A stretch of 64,000 bases of DNA from an uncultured virus (IMG/VR IMGVR_UViG_3300029305_009042). Its lineage: Duplodnaviria > Heunggongvirae > Uroviricota > Caudoviricetes. Of the stretch, positions 27,104-36,629 are shown piece by piece. The position numbers and the translations under genes are program-made. Numbering within the stretch: position 1 is the first letter of the stretch; each line of letters opens with the position of its first letter. Under the pieces are notes generated by a model. It ran no database searches. It was not told where the DNA came from and saw only the letters and a list, made by a program, of their open reading frames with translations. The stretch is taken from the IMG/VR virus record IMGVR_UViG_3300029305_009042; one strand, given 5' to 3'.

Positions 27104-30100
27104 TCAGCCAGCCTGAATGTGGAATTCAATATTATTGACCGCTTTCGGTACTGTACCGGAGACGATCACATTGATGCGGTCCAGAAGCAGAGGATCCTGC
27201 GAAATGTCTACGATCTGGTACCAGGTAAGCTGAGGACCGACGGCCGAATAGCTGTTCTCACTGATGTGCATCAGGTAGTAAAGCAAACGCGTTCGGATAT
27301 TCCCGATCGTCTCGTCCGTTACGTTCGTTACGCCAATGTACGGTTCCAGAAGCTGACGGATCGCGAAGGAAATGTGGTCCACGTTACGTGTGATCATTTC
27401 TTCTGCATAAGTCAAACTCGTAGCATCTGTCGTTCGGGCATGCCGTGTGTAGATCGTACCGTCGTCATCACGGACCACGATCCAGACGCCTGCTTCTGCC
27501 AGCGTATTCAGCTGTGTTTCTGTAAAGTAGCCGGCTGTATGAAGCAGCCCGTCAAATCCGGCAACAGCGACACGGGTCAGTCCCTGATGCGGGAGTACAC
27601 CGGATGCGAGTCCTGCAACCGCCGCGCAAAGCATACTTCCCGGAAGTGTGTACGTCCCCTCACTAACCGCATCCGGCCAGATGAAGTTCACACGCCGATG
27701 CGCGAAACTCTGTGCAATATTCGCAATATACTCGACCTGCTCATTCTTCGTAAGCGTATGTTCGATCTCGATAATCGACGGAACGACGATTCCTGCTGCG
27801 GGAGGATTCTGTACTTTGAATGTATCCCCGGAGACACTGTCGATCACATATTCCGTAAAATTAAAGCCCGTGTAGAACTTTACAATATCGCCCGGTTTTA
27901 CACTTTCCAGTGAAGCATTCGCCTTCGCCTGATACTTCGACGTGATCTGTACCAGACCCTTCGTATTCATAAGCGCGATCACGGAGTTGCCGTCGAAGCT
28001 GGTATCTCGTCCCACGACCTGGATCTTGTCCGGAACGGCTGTGTTGAGATAGCAGATCTTCCAGGCGCAGGTCTCTTCATTAGAATCCTGCTGAACGGCA
28101 GCCGCCGCTAACTTCAGGATATTAATATCCTGCGTGATCGGAGCCAGTGCATAGACTTCGCGGGAACCGGAAGCGGCACCAAAGGCTTCCGCCCAGCCAT
28201 CCTGCGTATCGTCCTGCACATTGGTATACGCTACCGGACTGCCGTTGGAGTTGGAAAGCGCCTTGTAAAGGGCATACTTCAGCGGATTATCCGGAGTCAA
28301 AGGCCCAGGAATGGCTTCCAGTTCATTGATCGATGCGATCCAGTTGATCGAAGCAACACCGTCCGCTACCCATTCACGATAGGCAGCCGAGATAGTGCCG
28401 CTAAGGATCTGGAGGTCGATCAGCTGCCCGGAGATACTCTGGAATTCTTCCAGGTGTACTTTCGCAGTAAGCGTGTCGATCTTAAGCTGTGTACCGTCGA
28501 TCTCTACACCCTCTGTCAGTTCCACATCACGAACAACACAGAACTTCACGCCGATCGGAATGATCTCAGAAGTCGTCTGGATCTCCTGCGGCAAAGAGTC
28601 ACTCAGGACCAGGGCACGCACTTCCGTATTTTTTCCGGAAAGGACCCGAACGATCCAGGTCTCATTCAACGCGATCTGCCCGGCTTCAAAAGAGAAGTTC
28701 AAGCCCAAAGCTGTTTCAATAGCCTGCCCTGCCTTCGCCACTGTGATCCCAGAACGGTAGTCGGAGCCGGAAAGTGTCTGATACGCAAGAACAGGCGCCT
28801 TTTCCGCCGTGCTCTCTGTAGTGATCTCGCCGCCGGAAATGCAGCTGATAATATACAGGGTATCCTCGTCACCGCTGTAGTTGGATTTCTCTTTATCCAC
28901 GACAAGTTTCGCCGGATTGTACGCGCCGGTGAGCGTGTAGGCCCACTGCGTTCCGACGGTAACGTTCGCGAAGGCTTCTGCCGTGAGCGTCGCGGTAACA
29001 TTTCCATCACCAGTCACGTTGAATGTGAAATTGCCGCTTCCGTCCGAAAGAGCCTGTACCTTGTACTGGTTGTCCAGACCGCTTTCGGAGATGATGCGCA
29101 GTTCCAGATTGGAACAGGCAGTCGTGTTATGCTTTCCAGTGACCGTGATCTTGTATACCTGCGACAGGAAACCGGTCGGAAGCGGATCGTATTCGCCAGA
29201 CAGTGTGATGCCTTCATACGGACCGGTGTAAAGGTCCGTGCGGAACGGCGTATTCGAGGCAGTTGAAGTTCCACTGGTTACAGAGACAGTGAAGTCACCA
29301 GTAAGATCCGCCTCAGCGATCGAAGCGGTCATTCCCTGAGTTCCGATCTTGAAGATGTATTTACCATCCCGCTGCTGAATAGCTGCAGCACTCGACGGGT
29401 AGTTATCCGTATCGGATGCGGAAGCGACCCAGTACGTCAGGCTGTTCTTGTCTACGTATACCTGATAATGCTCTTCCGCAAGAGAACCAGTATATGTTCC
29501 CAGTTCTGCGGACGCGATCGAGCAGGAAGCCGTAGAAGTTCCTGCCTTGTTAGTCTTCCGTGCCGGATCCATGATCGTACTGTCTGCGACCGTCACCGCA
29601 AAATCCACGACCCGGGTATCGAAAGAAACTTCGGCACACTCAGAAGCACCTGCTACCGCGGCACCGTAACCAGAGATGCGGATCGTATCACCGATCTGCA
29701 CATCACGAGTTCCAAGTTCAGCTGCACGGGCAAAATTGCCGTTCTCCTTTACATTGAAGTTATTGAAGACCAGCTGATTCGGAGCTTCTGTCATGCAGTA
29801 AGCATACACAGCATCCTCCGCTGCCGTATCTGCCGCCGGAATCTCACAATACTGAATGAGAGCGTCATCGACGTAAATATGTACCGAATCCTCCTCGACC
29901 TTGCTTCCTGCAGAGAGATTCGGAAGGACCGTATCCACGTTGCTTCCGCGATAGTCCGCGTAGTCCCCCACCACTGCCTCGCCGCGTTCATGGATCTCGG
30001 CATTTTGCCCGACGATCCAGGCAGGGAGGTCTGCAGCGATAGAGGCTGCCGCGTTGGTGAACTCCTGGAACACCAGCACTTGAGGTTTTACATAAGCCAT
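27104..30100 (-). CDS. Contractile tail sheath protein
   Basis: MAYVKPQVLVFQEF start; C-terminal LAEAGVWIV...YTRHARTTD...EEMITRNVDHI...PYIG...VPKAVNNIEFHI sheath domain. Confidence 0.85.
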   Translation of the reverse strand: MAYVKPQVLVFQEFTNAAASIAADLPAWIVGQNAEIHERGEAVVGDYADYRGSNVDTVLPNLSAGSKVEEDSVHIYVDDALIQYCEIPAADTAAEDAVYAYCMTEAPNQLVFNNFNVKENGNFARAAELGTRDVQIGDTIRISGYGAAVAGASECAEVSFDTRVVDFAVTVADSTIMDPARKTNKAGTSTASCSIASAELGTYTGSLAEEHYQVYVDKNSLTYWVASASDTDNYPSSAAAIQQRDGKYIFKIGTQGMTASIAEADLTGDFTVSVTSGTSTASNTPFRTDLYTGPYEGITLSGEYDPLPTGFLSQVYKITVTGKHNTTACSNLELRIISESGLDNQYKVQALSDGSGNFTFNVTGDGNVTATLTAEAFANVTVGTQWAYTLTGAYNPAKLVVDKEKSNYSGDEDTLYIISCISGGEITTESTAEKAPVLAYQTLSGSDYRSGITVAKAGQAIETALGLNFSFEAGQIALNETWIVRVLSGKNTEVRALVLSDSLPQEIQTTSEIIPIGVKFCVVRDVELTEGVEIDGTQLKIDTLTAKVHLEEFQSISGQLIDLQILSGTISAAYREWVADGVASINWIASINELEAIPGPLTPDNPLKYALYKALSNSNGSPVAYTNVQDDTQDGWAEAFGAASGSREVYALAPITQDINILKLAAAAVQQDSNEETCAWKICYLNTAVPDKIQVVGRDTSFDGNSVIALMNTKGLVQITSKYQAKANASLESVKPGDIVKFYTGFNFTEYVIDSVSGDTFKVQNPPAAGIVVPSIIEIEHTLTKNEQVEYIANIAQSFAHRRVNFIWPDAVSEGTYTLPGSMLCAAVAGLASGVLPHQGLTRVAVAGFDGLLHTAGYFTETQLNTLAEAGVWIVVRDDDGTIYTRHARTTDATSLTYAEEMITRNVDHISFAIRQLLEPYIGVTNVTDETIGNIRTRLLYYLMHISENSYSAVGPQLTWYQIVDISQDPLLLDRINVIVSGTVPKAVNNIEFHIQAG

Positions 30101-30102
30101 AA

Positions 30103-30777
30103 TTATTCCCTATATATAGAGTTACTGATACGTTTGAGTCTTGGAGCTGCTTCTGAGAGATACCATTTATCCGGCGCGGTGATCACCAGACCAAGACTGG
30201 TCTGGAAACCGTTGGCTGCGTCCTCTCCCAGAACCTGAGCTCCCTGGAACTGGGAAATAACAAGATCATACGCTGCGAGCATCTGCATGACAGTCGTCCG
30301 ATGATGGTTGAACAGCCGACAGACGGACTCACCCAACAGGATCGCCTCCCGTTTGTTTTTAGCAATGATGTCAACGCGCAGCTGAACACGCCAGACGGTA
30401 AAGAAGGTTCCAGTACTGTTGCGGATATTATAGTCTATCTGATTATCACGACCAAATCGTCGTTCATCCTGCTGAGAACCGGTGAACTCCACCGCGATCT
30501 TTGGAAGCTGTCCGGCATTCTTCGGATCGATGTGCGTCATCTGCGTCACAAAGGGCTTCTGCGACTGGATCAGGGCACGAAGCTCATCATTCGTGAAGTT
30601 AAGCGGATCCGAAAAGTATTGCTGTAAGATCTGTGCGATCAGGTCTGTGAGAGCACTGGGAGAACTTTGCCAGCGGGTATCCGGGCACTCCCAGCGGGAA
30701 GTCATATCCTCCGGAGCATCCCACGCCGAAAAAAGTTCTTCGACCGAAGTCGGGTTTTTCACACATTTATCTGTCAT
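30103..30777 (-). CDS. Putative tail completion/terminator protein
   Basis: Directly upstream of sheath; LPKIAVEF and LRVDIIAKN strands typical of the terminator fold; TAATG coupling. Confidence 0.5.
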   Translation of the reverse strand: MTDKCVKNPTSVEELFSAWDAPEDMTSRWECPDTRWQSSPSALTDLIAQILQQYFSDPLNFTNDELRALIQSQKPFVTQMTHIDPKNAGQLPKIAVEFTGSQQDERRFGRDNQIDYNIRNSTGTFFTVWRVQLRVDIIAKNKREAILLGESVCRLFNHHRTTVMQMLAAYDLVISQFQGAQVLGEDAANGFQTSLGLVITAPDKWYLSEAAPRLKRISNSIYRE

Positions 30778-31136
30778 TACCATTTTCCTTTCGGGCAATG
30801 CTGGGAAGCCATTCTCAGCTTGTTGAGCCACGCGCTTTTGCTTTTATTGCACCGGCAGCCGCAGACGCCGCACCGTCCGATCTGCTGGTCATAGTGTTCA
30901 CAGGACTCACACAGCTGCATCAGCTCGGAGACTTCCTCGTCTGTCCTTGTCTGACTTCCTGTTAAAACATGCTGCGTGACCGCTTTCGCGTAGTTCGCCG
31001 CCTGATTTAAGAGAGAAGGTTTCGATGTACCGCGGCATTTTACCGCGACGTGACCCACCAAATGAGCGCGGATCTTTCTGCCGCAGGCAGTGCAGACCGC
31101 ATACTTTTCATCCCGCTGTTGAAAATTACAATTCAT
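30777..31136 (-). CDS. Small Cys-rich protein (DUF6171-like C-terminus)
   Basis: CESCEHY..RCGVCGC...KLRMASQHCPKGKW. Confidence 0.65.
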   Translation of the reverse strand: MNCNFQQRDEKYAVCTACGRKIRAHLVGHVAVKCRGTSKPSLLNQAANYAKAVTQHVLTGSQTRTDEEVSELMQLCESCEHYDQQIGRCGVCGCRCNKSKSAWLNKLRMASQHCPKGKW

Positions 31137-31142
31137 AGACCC

Positions 31143-31610
31143 TCATTCTATTGTCTGCATCGCTTGACGTCTGCACCACTCGACGTCCGCATCACTGAGC
31201 CTGTTCCCGCACCAATCCAGTATCGTATCCGCGTCACAGTGCTGTAGGGCCTCGCAGGCATCGTCGAACATTTCATAGTATCCGGAGTTTCGGTTCAGTC
31301 CACGACACACACCAGATCCAAACTCATGAAACGTAGAGTACGCATCACTGACTGCCGGAGAGGAGCAGTCCAGGGCAACGGGGGGTTGACCTTTAGTTGT
31401 CTTCCCACAGCCTTCAATGGGACAGGAAACCAGCCCAGCAGTAAAATCCGACCAAGTCACGGACTTGTCCAGGTACGAGAAATTTCCGCAGCAGCCGCAC
31501 GTCATTCCTCTGCTGTAGCATTCCTGCTCTTCACACCCGCAGTCGATCACCTCTCCATTAAAGGTGATGTTTCCTTCAGGACAGATATTCCGCAGATCCA
31601 GTTCAGGCAT
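31143..31610 (-). CDS. Cys-rich hypothetical protein
   Basis: 155 aa with many Cys, acidic; coupled within tail operon. Confidence 0.65.
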   Translation of the reverse strand: MPELDLRNICPEGNITFNGEVIDCGCEEQECYSRGMTCGCCGNFSYLDKSVTWSDFTAGLVSCPIEGCGKTTKGQPPVALDCSSPAVSDAYSTFHEFGSGVCRGLNRNSGYYEMFDDACEALQHCDADTILDWCGNRLSDADVEWCRRQAMQTIE

Positions 31611-33303
31611 TTTCCTGCTCCTCCTTCTGCACGTTGATCACGATTTTGTGCGTGTGTTCACCCTGCGCGGGCAGTTCTACCGTGTGCTTGTGCGCCGCAA
31701 GTATGCCGGAAGCTGTCAGCCTTACAGTATTTCCATTTTCACCAAAGCCGACACCGTCTGCCTTCAAAGCAACACCGGTGATCACCTTCAGCGTTCTGGT
31801 CTCCCAGGTTAAGGTGCAGCCTTCTATCGTAGGACTGCCTACCGGGATCTCGATCTCTTCCGCAGTGTAGGTAAGCGACAGCTCGCAATCTAAATCAAAC
31901 GCGCCGGCACCCGCCATACTTGTCTCTAACGTTTTTTCAGTTCCTGACGCCTCTTCCTTTTCCAGGGTGAACACGGCCTTGATGTCAGATGCCGGATTTT
32001 TGTCGGTATAGATGCCGCCGCAGAATTCCAGTTCGTCTCGTTTAAGCGTCAGGATATTGTCCGAGGCCGTAACGTTTGAGACCGTTTCCGTCGTCAGTAC
32101 GGTAGGCGGTGCTTGAGTATACGGTTCCCAGGATACCAGTCTTCCGCAGCGGAACTCCAGGTTGTACTCGGTCGGACAGACAGCTCCAGTTTCCGTTTGC
32201 GTCACATTCGTAAGCCGTAAAATTCCTGTCGTAGGGCACAGGTACCCGCCTTCGCCGTCCGCATAAACTTCCAGATTTTCATTGATGACTCGCCCAACTG
32301 CTTCCGCGCCGTAGTAAATGTCATAAGCGTAGAAGCACTCGCAGGGAGAGTTTACGATCGGTTTCGCGTAATGCTCCGGCACGTTAATAAGCCGGCTGTA
32401 GTCGATCTTCCCCAGAGAAATGGAGCTGGAGCCGACTTCTTCCACTGTCGTTCTGCCGCAGTCGATCGTATACTGCATATGCGGAAATGTAAGTGTAGAC
32501 TCCTGGCCCGTCCCGTCTCCAAGGATCTTCGTAAAAGGACCCAAAATTACAGAAAAAGGCTCCTCTGTCGAGAAAAGCTCTTTACTCTGCAAGTCTTCCT
32601 GCTGGATCTGGAACTCCGGCGGCATCAGCGGCTCCGTGCCTTCATCCACTTTCTTGCCGCAGATCTTGTCTTCCCAGTCCAGCACCAGCTGATGCACGCT
32701 GTAGCAAGGTGTTTCATTGATCGGGACCGCGCGCAGTTTGTATTCCCTTCGGCGAACGCAGCCGCTTCCCGGACGCCAGCCCTGGATCTGAAACATATCG
32801 ATATGGTCCTCCGGATCCTCATTCTCGATAGCTTCACAGCAGCAGACAGACTGCGCGTCCAGCTTCACCAGAAGTTCCCCTTCCAGCTCAATATCCTCCG
32901 TTTCCCACTTCACAGGAATGACCTGATCATCCTCCGCGTACTTCTCAAAGGTCTCCTGATCTCCCTCATCTTCCGGGTCCAGAAGCGTGTTGTAGAGGTA
33001 GATCTCAGGGCAAGGATAATAGCCTTCCTGCTCGCAGGGAAGGATCGAAGCAATGACTGCCTCCGGGATCGGTATCGTACTGGCTGTTGGAGCCATCGGA
33101 TCCACGCGCGGCACGGCAGGGATCTCGATACTCTCGGTAACGCCTTCGATCGGTGTACAGAGATCCTCGCCTACAAAATTCCGGTAATCGCCTTTGGGTA
33201 CGTTGACCGCCTTGCTCTCACCCGGAAACATCGTGGTGTACTCCACCACATCAATATTCAGCAGGTTATTTCCGAGATTCGTTTTAATACAGCGTTCGAT
33301 CAT
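31603..33303 (-). CDS. Acidic Cys-rich putative tail fibre/appendage protein
   Basis: 566 aa, Glu/Thr/Cys-rich, beta-strand-like, in tail operon. Confidence 0.5.
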   Translation of the reverse strand: MIERCIKTNLGNNLLNIDVVEYTTMFPGESKAVNVPKGDYRNFVGEDLCTPIEGVTESIEIPAVPRVDPMAPTASTIPIPEAVIASILPCEQEGYYPCPEIYLYNTLLDPEDEGDQETFEKYAEDDQVIPVKWETEDIELEGELLVKLDAQSVCCCEAIENEDPEDHIDMFQIQGWRPGSGCVRRREYKLRAVPINETPCYSVHQLVLDWEDKICGKKVDEGTEPLMPPEFQIQQEDLQSKELFSTEEPFSVILGPFTKILGDGTGQESTLTFPHMQYTIDCGRTTVEEVGSSSISLGKIDYSRLINVPEHYAKPIVNSPCECFYAYDIYYGAEAVGRVINENLEVYADGEGGYLCPTTGILRLTNVTQTETGAVCPTEYNLEFRCGRLVSWEPYTQAPPTVLTTETVSNVTASDNILTLKRDELEFCGGIYTDKNPASDIKAVFTLEKEEASGTEKTLETSMAGAGAFDLDCELSLTYTAEEIEIPVGSPTIEGCTLTWETRTLKVITGVALKADGVGFGENGNTVRLTASGILAAHKHTVELPAQGEHTHKIVINVQKEEQENA

Positions 33304-33680
33304 TCGTGCACCGCTCCTGAAAGTCTGTCTTCTGCATCAAGGACTTCCGCAATGAAGTCCGTTTCAAAGAAGGAGAGCTCCGTCCGGTCTTCCGAGGGTT
33401 CCAGCTCCCGGAACACGATCAGCTGCTTTCCGGCCGGCACCAGATGCTTCAGCAAAGGCAGAAATGCGAAGAGGTCCTGCGTTTCGGCAGAATCCTTTAT
33501 GCGCACGATCGAAAGATGCTGCCCCGTCAGTCCGCGCAAAAGTTCCAGCGGTACGACCGTTTCCGGAAGATCGTCCTGAGACGGCTCTCCAAAGCTGATC
33601 GGGCGATTGTCCAGAAAGTGCGCCAGCGTGCTTTTGTTCCAGATGCTCTGGTCATCCCGTATTCTGAATGTGTTTTTCAT
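33300..33680 (-). CDS. Hypothetical protein, resembles C-terminal end of a baseplate wedge protein
   Basis: AAGGAG RBS; LLKHLVPAGKQLIVF motif. Confidence 0.5.
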   Translation of the reverse strand: MKNTFRIRDDQSIWNKSTLAHFLDNRPISFGEPSQDDLPETVVPLELLRGLTGQHLSIVRIKDSAETQDLFAFLPLLKHLVPAGKQLIVFRELEPSEDRTELSFFETDFIAEVLDAEDRLSGAVHE

Positions 33681-33729
33681 ATGCTCTCCTTTGCCGTATC
33701 CTACCTCCGAAAAGCCTTTCGTCCAAAAG

Positions 33730-33758
33730 TTGGAGATGCGGAAAAAGTTGCGTATACT
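33730..33758 (+). promoter_or_regulatory. sigma70-like promoter TTGGAG-17-TATACT
   Basis: Motif and spacing read directly; 20 bp upstream of ATG 33778. Confidence 0.55.
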
Positions 33759-33777
33759 GCAGCCTGAAGGAGATCTT

Positions 33778-34500
33778 ATGCCAAGAGTAATTTTTCAGGA
33801 ATTCAGGGACCAGTATGAGAAGACCCGGTATCCGTTCATGGATACGGCGACCCTGACTGATGTAACCGGAACGCTGGTGATTCCGGAGAATATTTTTTTG
33901 GATGCGGGGCTTTGTTTCCCGGAAGGAATGCCGTACCTTTCCAGGATCCAGGTACAGAACAATCGTATCGTCCTGACCGTTACGTCGGAGGCTGACAGCG
34001 CCTCCTGCGAACTGGACCGCACGGCAATACCGGATGTGCTTTACTTTCAGAATGACCGCAAAAGAAGAATGGGCTGCCTCGTTTCGGAAAAGGTACGGCT
34101 CAACTGGCTGGCCTCCATCGAGACGGGAGAATACACCTTTTATCCTGAAGCCGCATCCTTTGCAGCCCGGTGCAACACACCTTCCCGCGTCATTGGCGCA
34201 TCCTCGCTGGGGACCGGACAGGACTCCATGCACGGCGATGTCTGGCTGGTCGGGGCGGACGGGCTCTACCTGCGGCATATGGGAAACAATGTGATCCGGA
34301 TCGATATGATGGGAGAAGTACTTCATAAAAGAGCAAACTGCGCAGGAGAACTGGAACCGCAGGTCTGCCTGAAAAGTATCAACCACGTTCATTCAGATGC
34401 CTATGGTCATCTGGTCTTTGGAATGCGTCCGGGAACCGCAGCAGGGACAAGAGTACAGATCAACACAACAGAAAGCGGATTGGAGATCAAGCGAGTATGA
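33778..34500 (+). CDS. Putative baseplate/tail protein (RYPF family paralog)
   Basis: GGGAG RBS; KTRYPF..IPENIFLDA; GDVWLVG and LKSINHV..DAYG motifs shared with 38045..39034. Confidence 0.65.
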   Translation: MPRVIFQEFRDQYEKTRYPFMDTATLTDVTGTLVIPENIFLDAGLCFPEGMPYLSRIQVQNNRIVLTVTSEADSASCELDRTAIPDVLYFQNDRKRRMGCLVSEKVRLNWLASIETGEYTFYPEAASFAARCNTPSRVIGASSLGTGQDSMHGDVWLVGADGLYLRHMGNNVIRIDMMGEVLHKRANCAGELEPQVCLKSINHVHSDAYGHLVFGMRPGTAAGTRVQINTTESGLEIKRV

Positions 34501-36020
34501 GTATCGAACTGAAGAATCTGGACACACTCACTCCGGAAGCAGTGGCACAGAAACAGACGCTTCTGGCACAGCTGCTGCAGGAGGCTCTGCCGGAGCTGGA
34601 TGTGTCTAAAGGCGCACTGCATGACATCGTGCTCTACCTGCACGCCATCCTGTCAGCCAAGACCTCCGCAGAACTGGACCGCTACAAGTCCGCTCAAAGT
34701 CTGCTTGCCGTAACGCAGGACCCGACGCTGGCTGATGAGAGCGTCGTTGATAAGATCCTCTCCAACTACAATGTCTCCCGCAAAGGGTCCATGTTCACGG
34801 CCGGAACCGTAACGCTCCAGTTCGAGCGCGATCTGGCGATCCTGATCCCCAGCGACACCCGCTTCACTTTCGGAACGGATACCTACCGTGTCAATGAAGC
34901 AGTCGTCGTGTGCAGCACAACATCGAATCAGACACCGCGGCTGACACCGGCAAAAGACGGTACTTTTTTGTACAATGTCTCTGTGACCGCAGAGACCGCC
35001 GGTATACTGACTCCTGTTACCGCAGGGGATACGCTGTTGACTGATCTGGGAACCGTCACGGCTGCGTGGGCCGCAGAGGACTTCACACCGGGAAGAGATG
35101 AGGAAAGCAACACCGCCATGATCAGCCGTCTGGCAGAAGGAATGGCTACCCCCTGCTGGGGAAACCGGTTCCAGATAGCCGCGCTGCTGCGACAGAAGAT
35201 CGACACACTAACCGGCCTGTCCGTGATCGGATTCGGCGATGAGGAGATGACACGGGATCAGCTTACGATCTTCCCTGTCTCCGTCGGCGGAAAAGCGGAC
35301 CTTTACGTCAAAACGGCGCTGGAATATCAAACAGTACCTTTGCCGGCCATGTTTACCGGTATCCGAAACGGTCTGGAACAGTGGGAAGTCACCGTTCCTG
35401 CAGAAGTCTGTCCGGGCTGCTATCGAGCCGTGCAGGCATCATTGGAAAACCGCACATGGCCGATCTCAGAACAGACGGTCATCGGCGGGATCGGATTCAC
35501 TGCCGGACAGATCCTCCACCTGCGCTTTCAGACCGAAGATGAAGCACTTACCGGAAACGTCGGTGACACAAAAACTTTCGATATTACCTTCGCCGGACAG
35601 AAGGACGTCCATACCGCGCAGGAGATCTTTGACGACCGCGCTCTGATGCCGGTCTCGGAAGACGCGCTTGTTCGATCCGCCTACCCTTGTTGGGTCTCCG
35701 TCACGCTTCAACTGTCCAAAGACGCTGGAAACGAAGAGGAACTTCAGCACGCGGCAGCCAACTACATCGACAGCACCGGCTTTACGGGATACATTTTGAC
35801 CTCAGAACTCATTCGCGTTCTTCATCCTTTGCTCGCGGACGGACAGCAGATCGACAGCATCCACCTTACCTCAGAAACCTGGGGACCCGCCGGACAAAAC
35901 TACCGCGACGCTGCCTCTCAAAAGCTCTCCGTACCCTACGTCCCGGAACAAGGGATCACTTCCCGCACGACCGTCTTCTATACGCGGAATGTGACGGTAA
36001 AGTACAATACTAAATCATAA
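34497..36020 (+). CDS. Baseplate J-like wedge protein
   Basis: PELDVSKGALHD, SRKGS..TAGTVTL, IPSDTRF, VTAETAG, FTPGRDEESN match the baseplate J/gp47 pattern. Confidence 0.85.
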   Translation: MSIELKNLDTLTPEAVAQKQTLLAQLLQEALPELDVSKGALHDIVLYLHAILSAKTSAELDRYKSAQSLLAVTQDPTLADESVVDKILSNYNVSRKGSMFTAGTVTLQFERDLAILIPSDTRFTFGTDTYRVNEAVVVCSTTSNQTPRLTPAKDGTFLYNVSVTAETAGILTPVTAGDTLLTDLGTVTAAWAAEDFTPGRDEESNTAMISRLAEGMATPCWGNRFQIAALLRQKIDTLTGLSVIGFGDEEMTRDQLTIFPVSVGGKADLYVKTALEYQTVPLPAMFTGIRNGLEQWEVTVPAEVCPGCYRAVQASLENRTWPISEQTVIGGIGFTAGQILHLRFQTEDEALTGNVGDTKTFDITFAGQKDVHTAQEIFDDRALMPVSEDALVRSAYPCWVSVTLQLSKDAGNEEELQHAAANYIDSTGFTGYILTSELIRVLHPLLADGQQIDSIHLTSETWGPAGQNYRDAASQKLSVPYVPEQGITSRTTVFYTRNVTVKYNTKS

Positions 36021-36629
36021 TGTAAACACTTCCGGAGGTACCGCGGCGACAGGTACCACCCGCTGTCGTCGAAGCTCGTAATAGACAAAAGGCGACTTTG
36101 CCTGAAGGTACGCCTCGGAGACTACGCAAGTAAGATACTGTTGGATATGTTCCAACCGCATACTGATGCACCTCGCATCGTTCAGTCCTAATGTCTGGAT
36201 CGTCTCCTCACATCTATGTTTATAGTCCGGTGCCTTTTCAGGATTGGGGTACACTGCTCCCGTCAGAATATCCAGAAAGAAGGATTCTGATTCCAGGTCA
36301 AACGGGTCCAATATTACAGACACACCCTTTCGCCTGTTTGCCCCCAAAGAGGATAGCCGGTAATTACTCCACTCATAAGCCAATGACGGCTCTACCGACT
36401 TAGGGATAAAATGGTCTGTTGTAGAGGCACCGGTCACGAATTCAAAATATACCGCGAGGTAGGCACACACCCCTCCGTACGCACTCCACAACGCTTCGTT
36501 GACCTTCCGCCAGTACGGAGGCAATTTCTCGGACTTTGCGTCCGGATTTTCCAGCAGCCACAAACTTCCTTTCTTGCGTACTTCCGTATCAAAATGAACA
36601 GGTTCCGGCTGGGGATGTACAGGTATCAT
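36015..36629 (-). CDS. HNH endonuclease (Septu PtuB-like)
   Basis: YGGVCAY...TTDHFIPKS..LAYEWSNYRL....NRRKG, ILDPF, TIQTLGLN; ATGA-coupled to ATPase. Confidence 0.85.
   Translation of the reverse strand: MIPVHPQPEPVHFDTEVRKKGSLWLLENPDAKSEKLPPYWRKVNEALWSAYGGVCAYLAVYFEFVTGASTTDHFIPKSVEPSLAYEWSNYRLSSLGANRRKGVSVILDPFDLESESFFLDILTGAVYPNPEKAPDYKHRCEETIQTLGLNDARCISMRLEHIQQYLTCVVSEAYLQAKSPFVYYELRRQRVVPVAAVPPEVFTL

Noticed and set aside
14877..36020. Bacterial eCIS/T6SS/tailocin rather than a phage
   Set aside because: A putative prohead protease, RNAP, sigma factor and NrdG with no host housekeeping genes fit a large phage better; however major capsid, portal and terminase were not recognised in this window, so this rests on context.
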